Positions 24,092 to 38,021 of a DNA stretch of 64,000 nucleotides are shown here, one piece after another. The stretch is taken from positions 405,736 through 469,735 of the forward strand of contig ML992512.1 in assembly GCA_010093995.1 (NCBI GenBank), written 5' to 3'. The stretch comes from Elsinoe ampelina (taxonomy: Eukaryota). The notes beneath the pieces were generated by a model that was not told the origin of the DNA, made no database searches, and was given only the letters and a program-made list of their open reading frames with translations. Positions within the stretch are counted from its first letter, which is position 1; the number at the start of each line of letters is the position of its first letter. Position numbers and translations under genes: made by a program.

Positions 24092-25324
24092 ATGTCGTCC
24101 CGACCAACAGTAACCATCATTGGTGCCGACGGCAAGCCGTCAGACAAGTCGCACCCTCTCCCGAATGTCTTCAAGGCGCCAATCCGCCCAGATATTGTCC
24201 AGTACGATTCAACCGCGAAAAGCTCGACAAAATCGACTGCTAACGCATTACAGGGCCGTCCACACCGGTATGGCTAAGAACAAGAGGCAGCCATACGCCG
24301 TGAGCGAGAAGGCTGGTCATCAGACCTCTGCTGAGTCCTGGGGTACTGGTACGTCGAATCCATCAAGAGCAAGGACAGACAAAAGGGCACATTCTGATAT
24401 CAATCTACAGGTCGCGCCGTCGCTCGTATCCCTCGTGTCTCTGGTGGTGGTACTCACCGCGCCGGTCAAGCTGCCTTCGGTAACCAGTGCCGTTCTGGTC
24501 GCATGTTCGCCCCTACCAAGGTCTGGAGGAAGTGGCACCAGAAGCTCAACCTGGGTCAGAAGCGTTTCGCTACCGCCTCCGCCCTCGCCGCATCATCAAG
24601 CGCCGCCCTCCTCCTCGCCCGCGGCCACCGCATCTCCAACGTCCCCGAGGTTCCTCTCGTGATCGCATCCTCTGCTTTCTCCGGTGCCGCCATCGCCAAG
24701 ACCTCCGCCGCAGTTGCCCTCCTTAACGCTGTCGGCGCTGGCCCAGACGTCGAGAAAGTCAAGAACTCCCGCAAGCTCCGCGCCGGCAAGGGCAAGCTCC
24801 GAAACCGTCGCCACAAGCAACGCCGCGGCCCACTCGTGGTGTACAACCCAGAGGAAGACGGACGCGAACTCGTACGCGCCTTCCGTAACATCCCCGGCGT
24901 TGAGACCTCCTCCGTCTTCGCCCTCAACCTCCTCCAGCTCGCCCCCGGCGGCCACCTCGGACGCTTCATCGTCTGGACCTCCTCCGCGTTCGCTGCGCTC
25001 GACAAAGTCTACGGCTCCACTACCGAGCCCTCGGCTCTTAAGAAGGACTTCCTTCTTCCTTCTAACGCGGTCGCTCAGCCCGACATCGCTAAGCTGATCA
25101 ACAGCTCTGAGATCCAGACCGCTCTCCGCCCGGTCAAGGGTGGCAACATCACCAAGCGCACGAATGTGCAGAAGAAGAACCCGCTGCGCAACAAGCAGGT
25201 GCTGCTCCGTCTGAACCCTTATGCGGCGGCCTACCACAAAGAGAAGCTGGGCCAGCAGAAGGCCGAGGGGGAGAAGCCAAAGGTGGTGACGGCTGAGTTC
25301 AAGGGATTGTTGCACGAGAACTAA
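24092..25324 (+). CDS. RPL4: 60S ribosomal protein L4 (uL4)
   Basis: ATG 24092, introns 24202-24253 and 24349-24410. [43 protein letters not shown]; strong codon bias. Confidence 0.97.
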
Positions 25325-25798
25325 GAGGGTTGGGTGAATGATGGGGTTTGATTTCAGCGTGGGAAAGAAATGTGCTGGGTGTAGTTCAGATGAATGCATC
25401 GGCAAGATTCAAGATCAAAGTATAGTTCCGTTTCGTGCTGTGATTCAAGTTTCTGTGCCCGTAAGGAGGACGGCGAAGATAATGTCGTTGTCTCTACTCC
25501 TTCACTTGATCGTGAATAATCTGTATTCGTAGCGCCTGTTACGCCTGCGCTAGTGGAGCTACCATTTTATAGCATGCTTGCTGTATTTCATGCTATCCCA
25601 TCTGTCCTACGGAAGCAGGTACTACCGGAAGCGCGACAGAAGGACGTCGGCCATGCTTGCCGTGAGCTCCTCGAGCCACTCCCTGCTATCCCTGTAAGCT
25701 CTGCTCGCGGCCACCTGGTAGGACGTTATCCTCAAACCACCAGGTTTCTAGACCCCCACATCTCGATCGCGGAATGTCTCCTGTCAACCCCTGCTGCT

Positions 25799-27380
<1,582 letters not shown>

Positions 27381-27487
27381 CTTGGAAGTATTCTGGTAGT
27401 ATTCGTATAGTCAAACTACCAGACGCTGTCTTCTCTGGTAGGATTTGAAGAGGCGACGTCGAATATACCTTAGTTTTGAGAGGCAGC

Positions 27488-27513
27488 ACGCGTGCAGGAA
27501 GCTCTGGACGCGA
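27488..27513. promoter_or_regulatory. MCB-like elements (ACGCGT, ACGCGA) in the divergent HAT2/XRN1 promoter
   Basis: ACGCGT at 27488-27493 and ACGCGA at 27508-27513, about 110-130 nt upstream of the HAT2 ATG. Short motifs, so function is inferred only. Confidence 0.4.
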
Positions 27514-27773
27514 TTTGACTACTTTAACCTTTCGGGACTAGCTTGATTTTGCCGTCAGCACCTTTGCTGCTGGTGGCCTGTGCACAAGCTGCAGTCATTA
27601 CGTTCTGTGTTCGCCGCTCAACTCCTTCTTTCTTACAAGGACTCCGTGTCAGTATCCCGCTGCCCTACGATTCTTCTCGCCTCGTTTCCCTTCTTCTTAT
27701 AGCTTTACGACAGTCACCCGAATCACCATCAATCCGGAAACCATCCATTACTCGCACTTGAAATACAGGCAAT

Positions 27774-30700
27774 ATGGGTGTCCCAAAGTTCTTCCGCTGG
27801 ATGAGCGAGCGGTATCCCGCCATCTCTCAGCTGATTGCAGAGAATCGCATTCCGGAGTTTGACTGTCTCTATGTATGTATCTTTTTACATACGAGTTGTC
27901 CCTGACTGACCCGAACAGCTTGATATGAACGGTATTATCCACAACTGCACGCACAATGACTCGGATTCTGTCACAAAGCGCATGACCGAGGATCAGATGT
28001 TTATCGCAATCTTCAACTATATTGAGCACTTGTTCGGCAAGATCAAACCGAAGCAGCTATTCTTCATGGCTATCGATGGTGTTGCCCCGAGAGCGAAGAT
28101 GAATCAGCAACGTGCTCGAAGATTCAGGACGGCGAGAGACGCAGAAGAAGCCAGGGACAAGGCGATTGCAGCAGGAACAGAGATGCCGAAGGAGGATGCC
28201 TTCGACAGCAACTGTATCACACCGGGTACAGAATTCATGGCACGACTCACTCAGCAGCTGAAGTATTTCGTCAACAAAAAGGTTTCCGAGGATTACGATT
28301 GGCAGAATGTGGAAGTGGTTCTTTCTGGACACGAGGTACCAGGAGAAGGAGAGCACAAAATTATGGAGTATATTCGCAAGGCCAAGTCGCAGCCAGGATA
28401 CGACCCGAACATGCGCCACTGCTTGTACGGACTGGATGCAGATCTTATCATGTTGGGTCTATTAAGTCATGACCCGCATTTCTGTCTACTTCGTGAAGAA
28501 GTGACTTTCGGGCGACAGGCCAAAGGCAAATCAAAGGAGCTTGAACATCAGAATTTCTACCTAATGCATCTTTGCATCGTCAGAGAGTATCTGGAGCTGG
28601 AATTTCAGGAGCTGAAAGAGCCCGGCGTTCTCTCGGTCCCATTCGACATGGAACGAGTTATAGACGACTTTATCCTCATGGCATTCTTTGTGGGCAACGA
28701 TTTCTTGCCCAACTTGCCACATCTACACATCAACGAAGGTGCGCTGGCGCTCATGTTCGCTGTGTACAAGAACGTTCTGCCCAAAGCAAAGGGGTACATC
28801 AATGAAGGTGGCGTAATCAACTTGGAGAGGCTGGGTCTACTATTGGACGAACTGTCGCATGTGGAGTATAGGCACTTCGAGGCGGACAATGCCGATGCCA
28901 GCTGGATGAAAGACAAGACAATGAAGAGAGAGGATGTCATGGACAGGCAGAAGAACAAGGGGCAGGTTGTCATGTCGACTGCCCAGAAAAAAATATTTGA
29001 CCAAGTCAAGAAGTATGTCAACTCTCGCCCGGCTGAAGGCGAAGCATCTCCGCTTGACCTGTCATCCGACCTTCCTGCAAGAGATCGCAAGTTTGTGGAA
29101 GACTTGGCAGGCGATTTGCACCTTCAGTGGAAGAGCGTTGCAGATGATGCTGGAAACAGACATATGCAGCTCGCTTTTCCAGCCCGAGCGGAGCAGGATG
29201 ACGAGGATGATGATGATGACGAGGAAGCTCAGATTGCGCTTCTCAGAGTCATGAAGAAGTACGACAAGGCGCAAATCGTGGACGTCACACCTGAAGAAGC
29301 GCAAGCGAAGATGCAGCAGAAGTACGACGATAGATTCCGAAAGTGGAAGGACCAATACTACAAGGAGAAATACGAGTGGGGACTCGACAATGAGGAACAG
29401 ATGCGCAAGCTGACCGAGAACTATGTTCAAGGTCTGCAGTGGGTTCTTTTCTACTACTACCGTGGCGTAGCGTCATGGCCATGGTACTATGGCTATCACT
29501 ACTCTCCTATGATATCAGATGTCAAGAAGGGGTTGAAGGCCGACATGAACTTCAAGCTTGGTCAGCCCTTCCGTCCATATCAGCAACTCATGGGTGTCTT
29601 GCCCGATCGAAGCAAGAAGATTGTACCAGAAGTGTACCACGAGCTCATGACGAACAAGGATTCGCCCATCATCGACTTCTATCCTCGGGACTTTGCTCTC
29701 GACATGAATGGCAAGAAGCAGGATTGGGAGGCTGTCGTCCAGATTCCATTCATCGACGAGAAGCGTCTTCTGTCAGCAATGGGTCCTAAAGACGCCCTTC
29801 TGACGCCGGATCAGAAGGCTCGCAACGACTTTGGGGTGACGCTCAAGTTTGCCTACCAGAAAGATCTGGACTATGTCTACCCTTCATCTCTCCCTGGCAT
29901 CTTCCCAGATCTGCCACACTGCAAGTGCGTCGAGAACATTTTTGAGATGCCCACGATGGAAGGTCTGCATGTCTACGTCGGTCTGGTAGATGGCGTGAAG
30001 CTAGGCAAGCACGCGCTGGCTGGATTCCCGAGCTTGCACACACTCGAACACTCCGGGCAGCTCGGCTTCCACGGTGTCTCGGTCTTCTCGCAAGAGAGCA
30101 GGAACGAGAGTATGGTTGTCACGATCATGGATGCGGAGTCCAAAAGCAACATAGAGCTTGCGAAGCAGAAATTAGGTCAAGCAGTTCACGTCGGCTATCC
30201 TTTCTTGCAAGAGGGCAAGGTCGTCAAAGTTTCCGACGAACTTTTCGATTACGTGCTTCAAGACCCGAGCAAAGGACCAGAAGCATCTAACATCGTACAA
30301 ATACCGCACCAAGGCATGCAGATTGCCGACTGGAAGAAGAAGGCCGATAGGCTCGAGAAGATGTACAGCAAGCGGCTTGGTATTATCTCGAGCGATGTGG
30401 AGTCCATGATCCACGTCGACATGCTGGTGGGACTAAGAAAGACCGATGAAGGCGCCACCATCAAAGAGTACGCTCAAGTACCTGGCCAGGAGACTGATTA
30501 CATTACGCAAATGGTAGTGGATGAAGTCATGTCCCCGGATGAGCGCTTCCTTGAGAAGGCTGCGCTCCCGTTCGAGGAGGAATTTCCTCTGAACACTCAA
30601 GCATTCTTCCTGGGCGACTTCAACTACGGACGGCCACTCGTCGTTACAGGGCATGCTGGCAACAAGGCTGAGATCTGGATTTCGACACTGAAAGGCAAAG

Positions 30701-32109
30701 AACCAGAATTCGGTCGAGATATTGCCAGACAACAAGAGAGGTTCACGCCATACACGCCGGGATTCGCAGTTGCTAAGATGCTGAATCTACACCCACTGGC
30801 TCTGTCCAAGATCACTTCGTCGTTCCGAGTACAATCGTCCGGCTTGCAGCTCAACTTGGGTCTCAATCTCAAGTTCGAGGCAAAGAAGCAGAAGGTCCTT
30901 GGATACAGTCGCAAGGGCGAGCGTGGCTGGGAATACAGCCAGAAAGCCATTGCACTAATTGCCGAGTACATGACTACCTTCCCCGACTTCATTGCCACTG
31001 TCTTGCGACATCCAGAGGGTGATGGATTCCAAGACACCGACTTCTACTCAGATCCTCAAGTGGCCAAGGCGAAGATGAAGGAGATTGGAGAGTGGCTCAA
31101 ACAAAAGCAGGCTAAGAACCTCGAGCGTGTGCCACTTGATGCTGAGCAAATGGACGGCGATACGGTCATGGCACTCGAGAAGGCGGCCGATCAAAACAAT
31201 GCCAATGGTATTGCCGTGGACGGCAAGCGCGTTGCTGGAGTCCCGCGCAATGCTTTGCTGAAACCCTCTGATGCTGAACAGCGTCTGGGTAATCAGAAGT
31301 TCTCACTAGGCGACCGCGTCGTATATGTGCAAGACTCTGGACGTGTTCCGATCGCACTTCGTGGCACTGTCGTCGGTGTAACTCGCACACCACGGACCGT
31401 TCTTCTCGACGTTGTTTTTGATAACACGTTCATGTCTGGTACCTCACTCGGCGAGCGATGCAGTCCCTTCCGAGGCAGTACAGTGCCTGTCACCAGCGTA
31501 CTAAATCTGACCGACAGACAAGTCATTGCCAACTCAAAGGCAGCTCAGAATCGTCAGCCTTCGGCTCAATTTACGCCGTTGCAGGCTCAGCAGAATGGGT
31601 ACAGTGCTGCTCATGGCAATTATGGCGCACCTGTCGCTGCTGGAGGATTAGGACAATTGCGTGAAGCCGCGGCACCAGGTCCTCTGCGGGGCAGCTTTCG
31701 CGGTGCGCTCGGTGGACAGCCTAATGGCAACCACGTCAATGGCAATGGCATGGCACGCGGCCGAGGACGTGGTGGTCTAGGTTTCCAACAGACCATCCCC
31801 ATTCATAACGGTCCTCCTCAGCGTGGAGGACGAGGCGGTGCCAATGGCTTTGCTCCTCGAGGTGGGCGAGGTGGCAACAGAGGAGGATATAATGTCGTGG
31901 ACAACAGCGATCCGATGGAAGGTGTCAAGACCAACAACCCGAACTTCAGGCCGCAGAATTATAGCAGTGTCCCACCTCCACAGAACCTCAATATGGATAG
32001 AGGACGAGGAAGGGGCAGAGGTGGGCCTGACAGAGGTGGAAGAGGGCGAGGCAGAGGACGTGGCGGGGCCCCTGCGGCTGCGGCTACTGCTCCTGCGGCA
32101 GCTCAATAG
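27774..32109 (+). CDS. XRN1: 5'-3' exoribonuclease 1
   Basis: MGVPKFFRWMSERYP, intron 27873-27918, LDMNGIIH, DGVAPRAKMNQQR, PGEGEHKI, YGLDADLIMLGL, VGNDFLP; RGG-rich C-terminal tail. Confidence 0.96.
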
Positions 32110-32611
32110 ATCTGGCCAGCTGTATGGGAGTTGTCGTGATCAATACGAGTAGATGAAAGACGATACAACGAGATAGACGGTATACAAAGCTATCGTTCGG
32201 TGTGACAGCATGAATACCTTTGCCCTATGAATGTCATGCACCTAACGCCGCCCTGTCCATTAGAGAGCTGGCAGCGCAGACCATCCCAATGTGACAGGTA
32301 GATGAGCTCTCCGTAGCTTCTGGACATCAGGGTAACCTTGGTATACCAAGCTGTCGGGCCAAATGCATTTCAGATCCGACGGACCAGTCGGAAGCACGAC
32401 ATCGACTCGTTATCGATAACAAATGGTACCTCTGACCCCGTTTCAGTCTTCGCCCTGCAGCATCACACGATTACCGGCATACGTCTCTCGTGTCACCATA
32501 ATTTCTTCCTTGTGCGCAATCTCAGCCTGCTGATCCCTCCAGCGCGCATATACGACCAAGCATCTTGCGTCTGTGCCCACGCGTGCTCGCTCTCGGGCAG
32601 TGTGAAGGCAC

Positions 32612-35600
32612 ATGCGACTACGCCCATCTATTTCCTTAAAGCATGCGAGCTGTCCTGCAACAGTTTCTCTTCGGCAGTCTCCTCTCACTTCTAACCGAGT
32701 AAGATCTCTTCTGTCTGTTTCCCACACCTTCTCGGCGACAACTCGTGCGCCACGAGTCTCCTGGTCATCACGTCCTGCTCAGTCAGCATCCTCTCTTCTG
32801 CCGCAGCAACGCATCAGGCACCCGTCATCTATCTCGCATCTTCGTTCTCCTTTTCGAAAGATTCATTCATCCTCGTTCAAGATGGCTGAGGGTACCTTGA
32901 ATAGCCGGGCCACCATGTCACATCGCATTGCGGACAAGCTGGAGAAGCCACAGCTCGACAATCGGACATACAGAGTCATCGAGCTTCCGAACAAGCTCGA
33001 AGTCCTCCTCATTCATGATCCTGAGACGGACAAGGCCAGTGCGGCCATGGATGTCAACGTCGGAAGCTTCAGTGACTCCGATGACCTACCTGGTATGGCA
33101 CACGCTGTGGAGCACTTGCTGTTTATGGGCACGGAGAAGGTAAGAAGAGGCTTGATACCCTGGAGAAGCGACAAGAATGCTGACTGCAACTAGTTCCCAG
33201 GTGAGAACGACTACAACCAGTATCTGCAGAAGTATGGCGGCTACTCGAACGCCTTCACAGCATCGACGGACACCAACTACTACTTTGAGCTTTCGGCGTC
33301 GTCGACATCCAGCGGCCAAGCTACCACGAACGGCGCAGCTGTCGACAAATCTCAAGCACCGCTCTATGGAGCCCTGGATCGCTTTGCACAGTTCTTCATC
33401 AAGCCGCTTTTCCTGGCAGACACTCTGGACAGGGAATTGCGGGCGGTGGATTCGGAGAACAAGAAGAACTTGCAGAGTGATAACTGGCGGTTACACCAAT
33501 TGAACAAGAGTCTGGCAAACAAGAAGCATCCTTTCAACAAATTCTCGACTGGTAATTACAAGGTATTGCATGACGATCCGATCGCACGCGGCGTTGCTAT
33601 TCGGGACGCCTTTATGGATTTTTACAAGAGACACTATTCGGCAAACAGGATGAAGCTTGCAGTACTTGGACGGGAAGACCTAGACACACTAGAGATATGG
33701 GTCACGGAATTCTTCGCAGAAGTTCCAAACCAAGACTTGCAAAAGTTGAGGTGGGACGACATCCCAGCCTACTCGGAGCATGAATTGGCTACTCAGATCT
33801 TCGCAAAGCCAGTCATGGAGATGCGTGATTTGGACATCTACTTTGTGTATCCGGATGAGGAAGAGTTGTGGGAGACACACCCTGGCAGGTACATCAGCCA
33901 TTTGATCGGACATGAAGGACCCGGGAGTCTACTAGCATACCTAAAGACCAAGGGCTGGGCGAATGGACTTGGGGCCGGACCTTTTCCCATTTGCCCAGGA
34001 GGCGCTCTGTTCAGCATCTCAATCCACCTTACCAAGGATGGTCTGACACACTATAAGGAAGTGGTCAAGACTCTGTTCCAGTACATTGCCATGATCAAGG
34101 ACCAGCCTCCTCAAGAGTGGATCGTGGAGGAGATGAAGCAGTTGGCTGAAGTAGACTTCAGGTTCAGGCAGAAGATTCCTGCTAGCAGAACGACAAGCTC
34201 TCTGGTAGGGGTCATGCAGAAGCCATATCCGAGAGACAAGCTTCTCAGCGCACAGAGTCTGATCTGGAGATTCGATCCGAAGGCGATCAAGAGAGGACTC
34301 GATCACTTGACGCCAGACAACTTCCGCCTCACTCTCGTTGCGCAGGATTTTCCAGGTGACTGGGATCAGAAGGAGAAGTGGTACGGCACGGAGTACAAAT
34401 ATGAGAAGATTCCCAAGGACTTCCTTGAGGAGATCAAGAAGGTCTACAAACAGCCAAAGTCTGACAGACCGGCTGAGTTGCATCTGCCAGCTAAGAACGA
34501 ATTCATCCCGACCAATCTCGAAGTTGAGAAGAAGACAGTGGAGAAGCCAGCGTTGACACCAAAGCTTGTCCGCAACGACGCTCGTGTCCGCACCTGGTGG
34601 AAGAAGGATGATCAGTTCTGGGCGCCAAAGGCCAATGTTTACGTGGTTCTTCGATCACCAATTGTCCAGACTTCCGCAATGACCGCCGTCATGACCCAGA
34701 TGTTCAAGAGTCTCGTTGAAGACTCTCTCACCGAGTATGCGTACGATGCGGAGCTTGCAGGCCTGGAGTACAGCATTCAGAATCATACTCAAGGTCTCGA
34801 TATTGTCGTCAGCGGCTACAATGACAAGATGCACGTTCTTCTTGAGAAGGTTCTGGTGTCAGTCCGTGATCTGGTCGTCAAGGACGATCGCTTCGAGATC
34901 ATCAAGGAGCGTGTCCTTCGAACCATGCGCAATTTTGATTACCAGCAACCATTTCACCAGATCAGCACATACAGCAGATACCTGGTCTCTGAGAAGGGCT
35001 ACGTCAACCAGCAGCTCCTTGATGAGCTACCAAGCATCACCGCTGATGATATCCGGAGGTTCGCTCCTCAAATACTGGCGCAGATGCACATCGAGATTCT
35101 GGCTCATGGTAATCTGTATCGGGAGGATGCACTCCGTTTGACGGACATTGTCGAGTCAACACTTCATGGCAAGGTTCTACCACCATCTCAATGGCCAATT
35201 CGCCGGTCACTCTTGGTGCCGCAGGGAAGTAATTATGTCTACAAGCGAACACTCAAGGATCCTGCCAACGTCAACCACTGCATTGACTATATCCTGTTCA
35301 CGAATCTGAACAGCGATCGCACAACTCGTGCTAAGCTCTTGCTCTTCGCTCAGATGGCCGATGAGCCAGTCTTTGACACTCTGCGGTCCAAGGAACAGCT
35401 CGGTTACGTTGTGTCTTCCAGCACAATCGCTCTCGCCACTGTTTCTGGGTGGAGGGTGTTGATTCAATCTGAACGCACCCCAGAGTACCTCGAGAAACGA
35501 ATCGACATCTTTTTGACCAAATTTGGCGACACCATTCGCGAGATGAAGCAGGAAGATTTTGATTCTTTCAAGATTGCTCTAATCAACAAGAGGTTGGAGA

Positions 35601-36309
35601 AGCTCAAGAACTTGAATCAGGAGACGGCACGATTCTGGCATCACATCACGAATGAGGTGTTTGACTTTGAGCTCGGTACGTAAAGATACCCTGCCATGAT
35701 ATTGAGATTGCTGACAAAATAATAGTCCACCGTGATGTCGAAGAGATCGAAAAACTCACCAAAGAAGACCTGACCCAGTTCTTCGACACCTTCATCTCCC
35801 CAGCATCAGACAAGCGAGCCAGGGCTGCCGTCCATCTCCTCGCTCAGACTTCCTCGGAAGAACTCGCCGAGAAGACTGATCCAGCTGAGAAGACAGCCAA
35901 GGTCAACGACGCACTCGACCAACTCCTCAACCAGCTCAGCATCAGTTCGGATCGCTCTCAGCTCCAGAAGCGCATCACTGACTTGCCCTCTTCTGATCTC
36001 AATACCAAGTCCATCACCACTGCTCTGTCCTCTCACCTGACGGAGGACGCGAAGACCCCATCCGCCGACGTGGAGGGTGTCATTGCTCAAATTACGCCCG
36101 CGCTCGAGCAGGCCCTGCCGCAACTTTGCGTCGCGAACACCACGGCCAAGGAAGGTGAAGCAGATAGCAGCGATGTGAAGCTGCCAAAGACCAAAGAGGC
36201 GACTGTCATTGAGGATGTGAGACTATTCAAGGCTAGTCTAGCAGTGACGGAAGGTGCTATGCCGGTTAGAGACATCAAGGAACTGGAGGACCGAGAGGCG
36301 AAGCTGTGA
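32612..36309 (+). CDS. STE23: Insulin-degrading-enzyme-like M16A metallopeptidase
   Basis: HXXEH motif HAVEH; introns 33140-33193 and 35676-35725. AVDSENKKNLQSD, LIGHEGPGSL, FDTLRSKEQLGY. Alternative starts at 32612 and 32882; ends -AKL. Confidence 0.9.
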
Positions 36310-36519
36310 GGGCTTTGCATTGCGCGGCAGGAGTAGGGTAGATTAGCATCAGCGCCGGCAACGACGCTTAGATATCGTCAGACGTGCAAACATCCTTTGA
36401 CCACATCGGAGACGCCTCCTTCCATCCCCCTTCGTCCTCATGATCACCTCAGCATCGCCTGCACTGCACTGCACACCAGAAGACTAGTCTCTTGATACAG
36501 AATTTCATTCCCACACTAC

Positions 36520-38021
36520 CTAATGCACCCCATTAACCCCATTCCCATTCACCGCCCGCCCATTGACCTCCTTCGTCTTATGTCCCTTTGTGCTCTCGAT
36601 CCACTCATACCTATCCCCCAACGCGTTCGCCGCCCTGACATCCCCGCTCCTCGCGTGCCCCTCAAAGTTCTCCGCCCTGGCCGCGCGACCGCATAGCCGT
36701 CCCAGTTCCCCGCTGGACTGTGGGTTGCGGACTTCTTGGTAGGTGCAGGTGCGCAGGTACTTGCCCACCCAGAGGCCGCCGGTGTATTTTGCTGCCTTGC
36801 GGGTGGGGAGGACGTGGTTGGTGCCGATGCACTGGGGGGTGTTAGCCAGGGGCTGGGGGAGAGGAGGGGAGGGGGGCAGGGAGGCAAAGGGGAGGGGAAG
36901 GGGAGGCAAAGGGGAGGGGAAGGGTAGGGAGGGGAGACAGGGGAGGGGCAACGTACCTTGTCACCGTAACTCACGCACGTCCCTTCGCCGAGGAACAGAG
37001 CGCCGTAGTGCTTCATCTTCTCCAACGCCTGCCTCGGGTTCCTGGTGAGGATCTCGACGTGCTCGCTCGCGAACTCGTCCGCGACGGAAAAGGCCTCGTC
37101 GAGCGTGTCCGTCACGATGACCTCGCCAAAGTCGCGCCAGGAGACGCCGGCGATGGGGGCGGTGGGGAGGACCTCGAGGAGCGCGTCGACGGCGGCGATG
37201 CTCTTGGTCGCGACTTCCTCGCTGTTCGTCACTAGCACGGCTGGGGTGTCGGGGCCGTGTTCGGCTTGCGAGAGGAGGTCGACGGCCACGGTGTAAGGGT
37301 CTGCGTGCTCGTCTGCTACGACGAGGATCTCGGTCGGCCCGGCGAAGAGGTCGATTCCGATCTCGCCGAAGAGTTGGCGTTTGGCTTCGGCGACGAAAGC
37401 GTTGCCGGGCCCGGCGATGAAGTCGACCTTTTGCATCGTCTCGGTGCCGACGGCCATGCCGGCTACGGCTTGGACGCCGCCGAGGATGAAGATTTCGTCA
37501 GCGCCGGCGAGGTGCATGGCTGCGACGGTGGCGGGGGGGATTTGGCCGAGGATGGGAGGCGTGCAGGCTGTGACGTGGGGGACGCCGGCGATTTTGGCGG
37601 TGAGGATGGTCATGTGGGCGGAGGCGAGGAGGGGGTAGCGGCCGCCTGGGATGTAGCAGCCGACGGACTGGATGGGATTGTTACGTTGGCCGAGGAAGAC
37701 GCCGGGTTGGGTCTCGATCTCAAAGTCTTTGATGCTGTCTCGTTGGGCGTGGGCGAAGACGGAGACATTTCGTTGGACAGTCTTGATGTCTTCTATGGTT
37801 TGAGCGGGGACGGTGGCGATGATCTTGTCGATGTCTGCTTGGGAGAGCTTGAAGGATGGCGGTGACCACTTGTCGAACTGCTCTGAGTATTTGCGGATTG
37901 CTGCATCACCTTCTGAACGGATAGCGGAGATGACGCCAGATACAATGGTGGCAACCTTTGGATCTGAGAGTGCGGGGGAGGTGGATGTGGTGATGGGACG
38001 CTTGAGGTGCTTTGGTGCCAT
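36520..38021 (-). CDS. Stand-alone histidinol dehydrogenase-family enzyme, HpsN-like
   Basis: ATG 38021, intron 36832-36956. GCYIPGGRYPLLASAHM, GPGNAFVAEAKRQ, IDLFAGPTE, DLLSQAEH, SEH, YGDK|CIGTNHVLPT, YTGGLWVGKY, EGHA. Confidence 0.88.
36879..36922 (+). repeat. Exact 22-bp tandem duplication (GGGAGGCAAAGGGGAGGGGAAG x2) inside a G-tract intron
   Basis: Units 36879-36900 and 36901-36922 are identical. Confidence 0.9.

Noticed and set aside
32548..32558. ATATACGACCA resembling the start of ascomycete 5S rRNA
   Set aside because: The following sequence does not continue as 5S rRNA.
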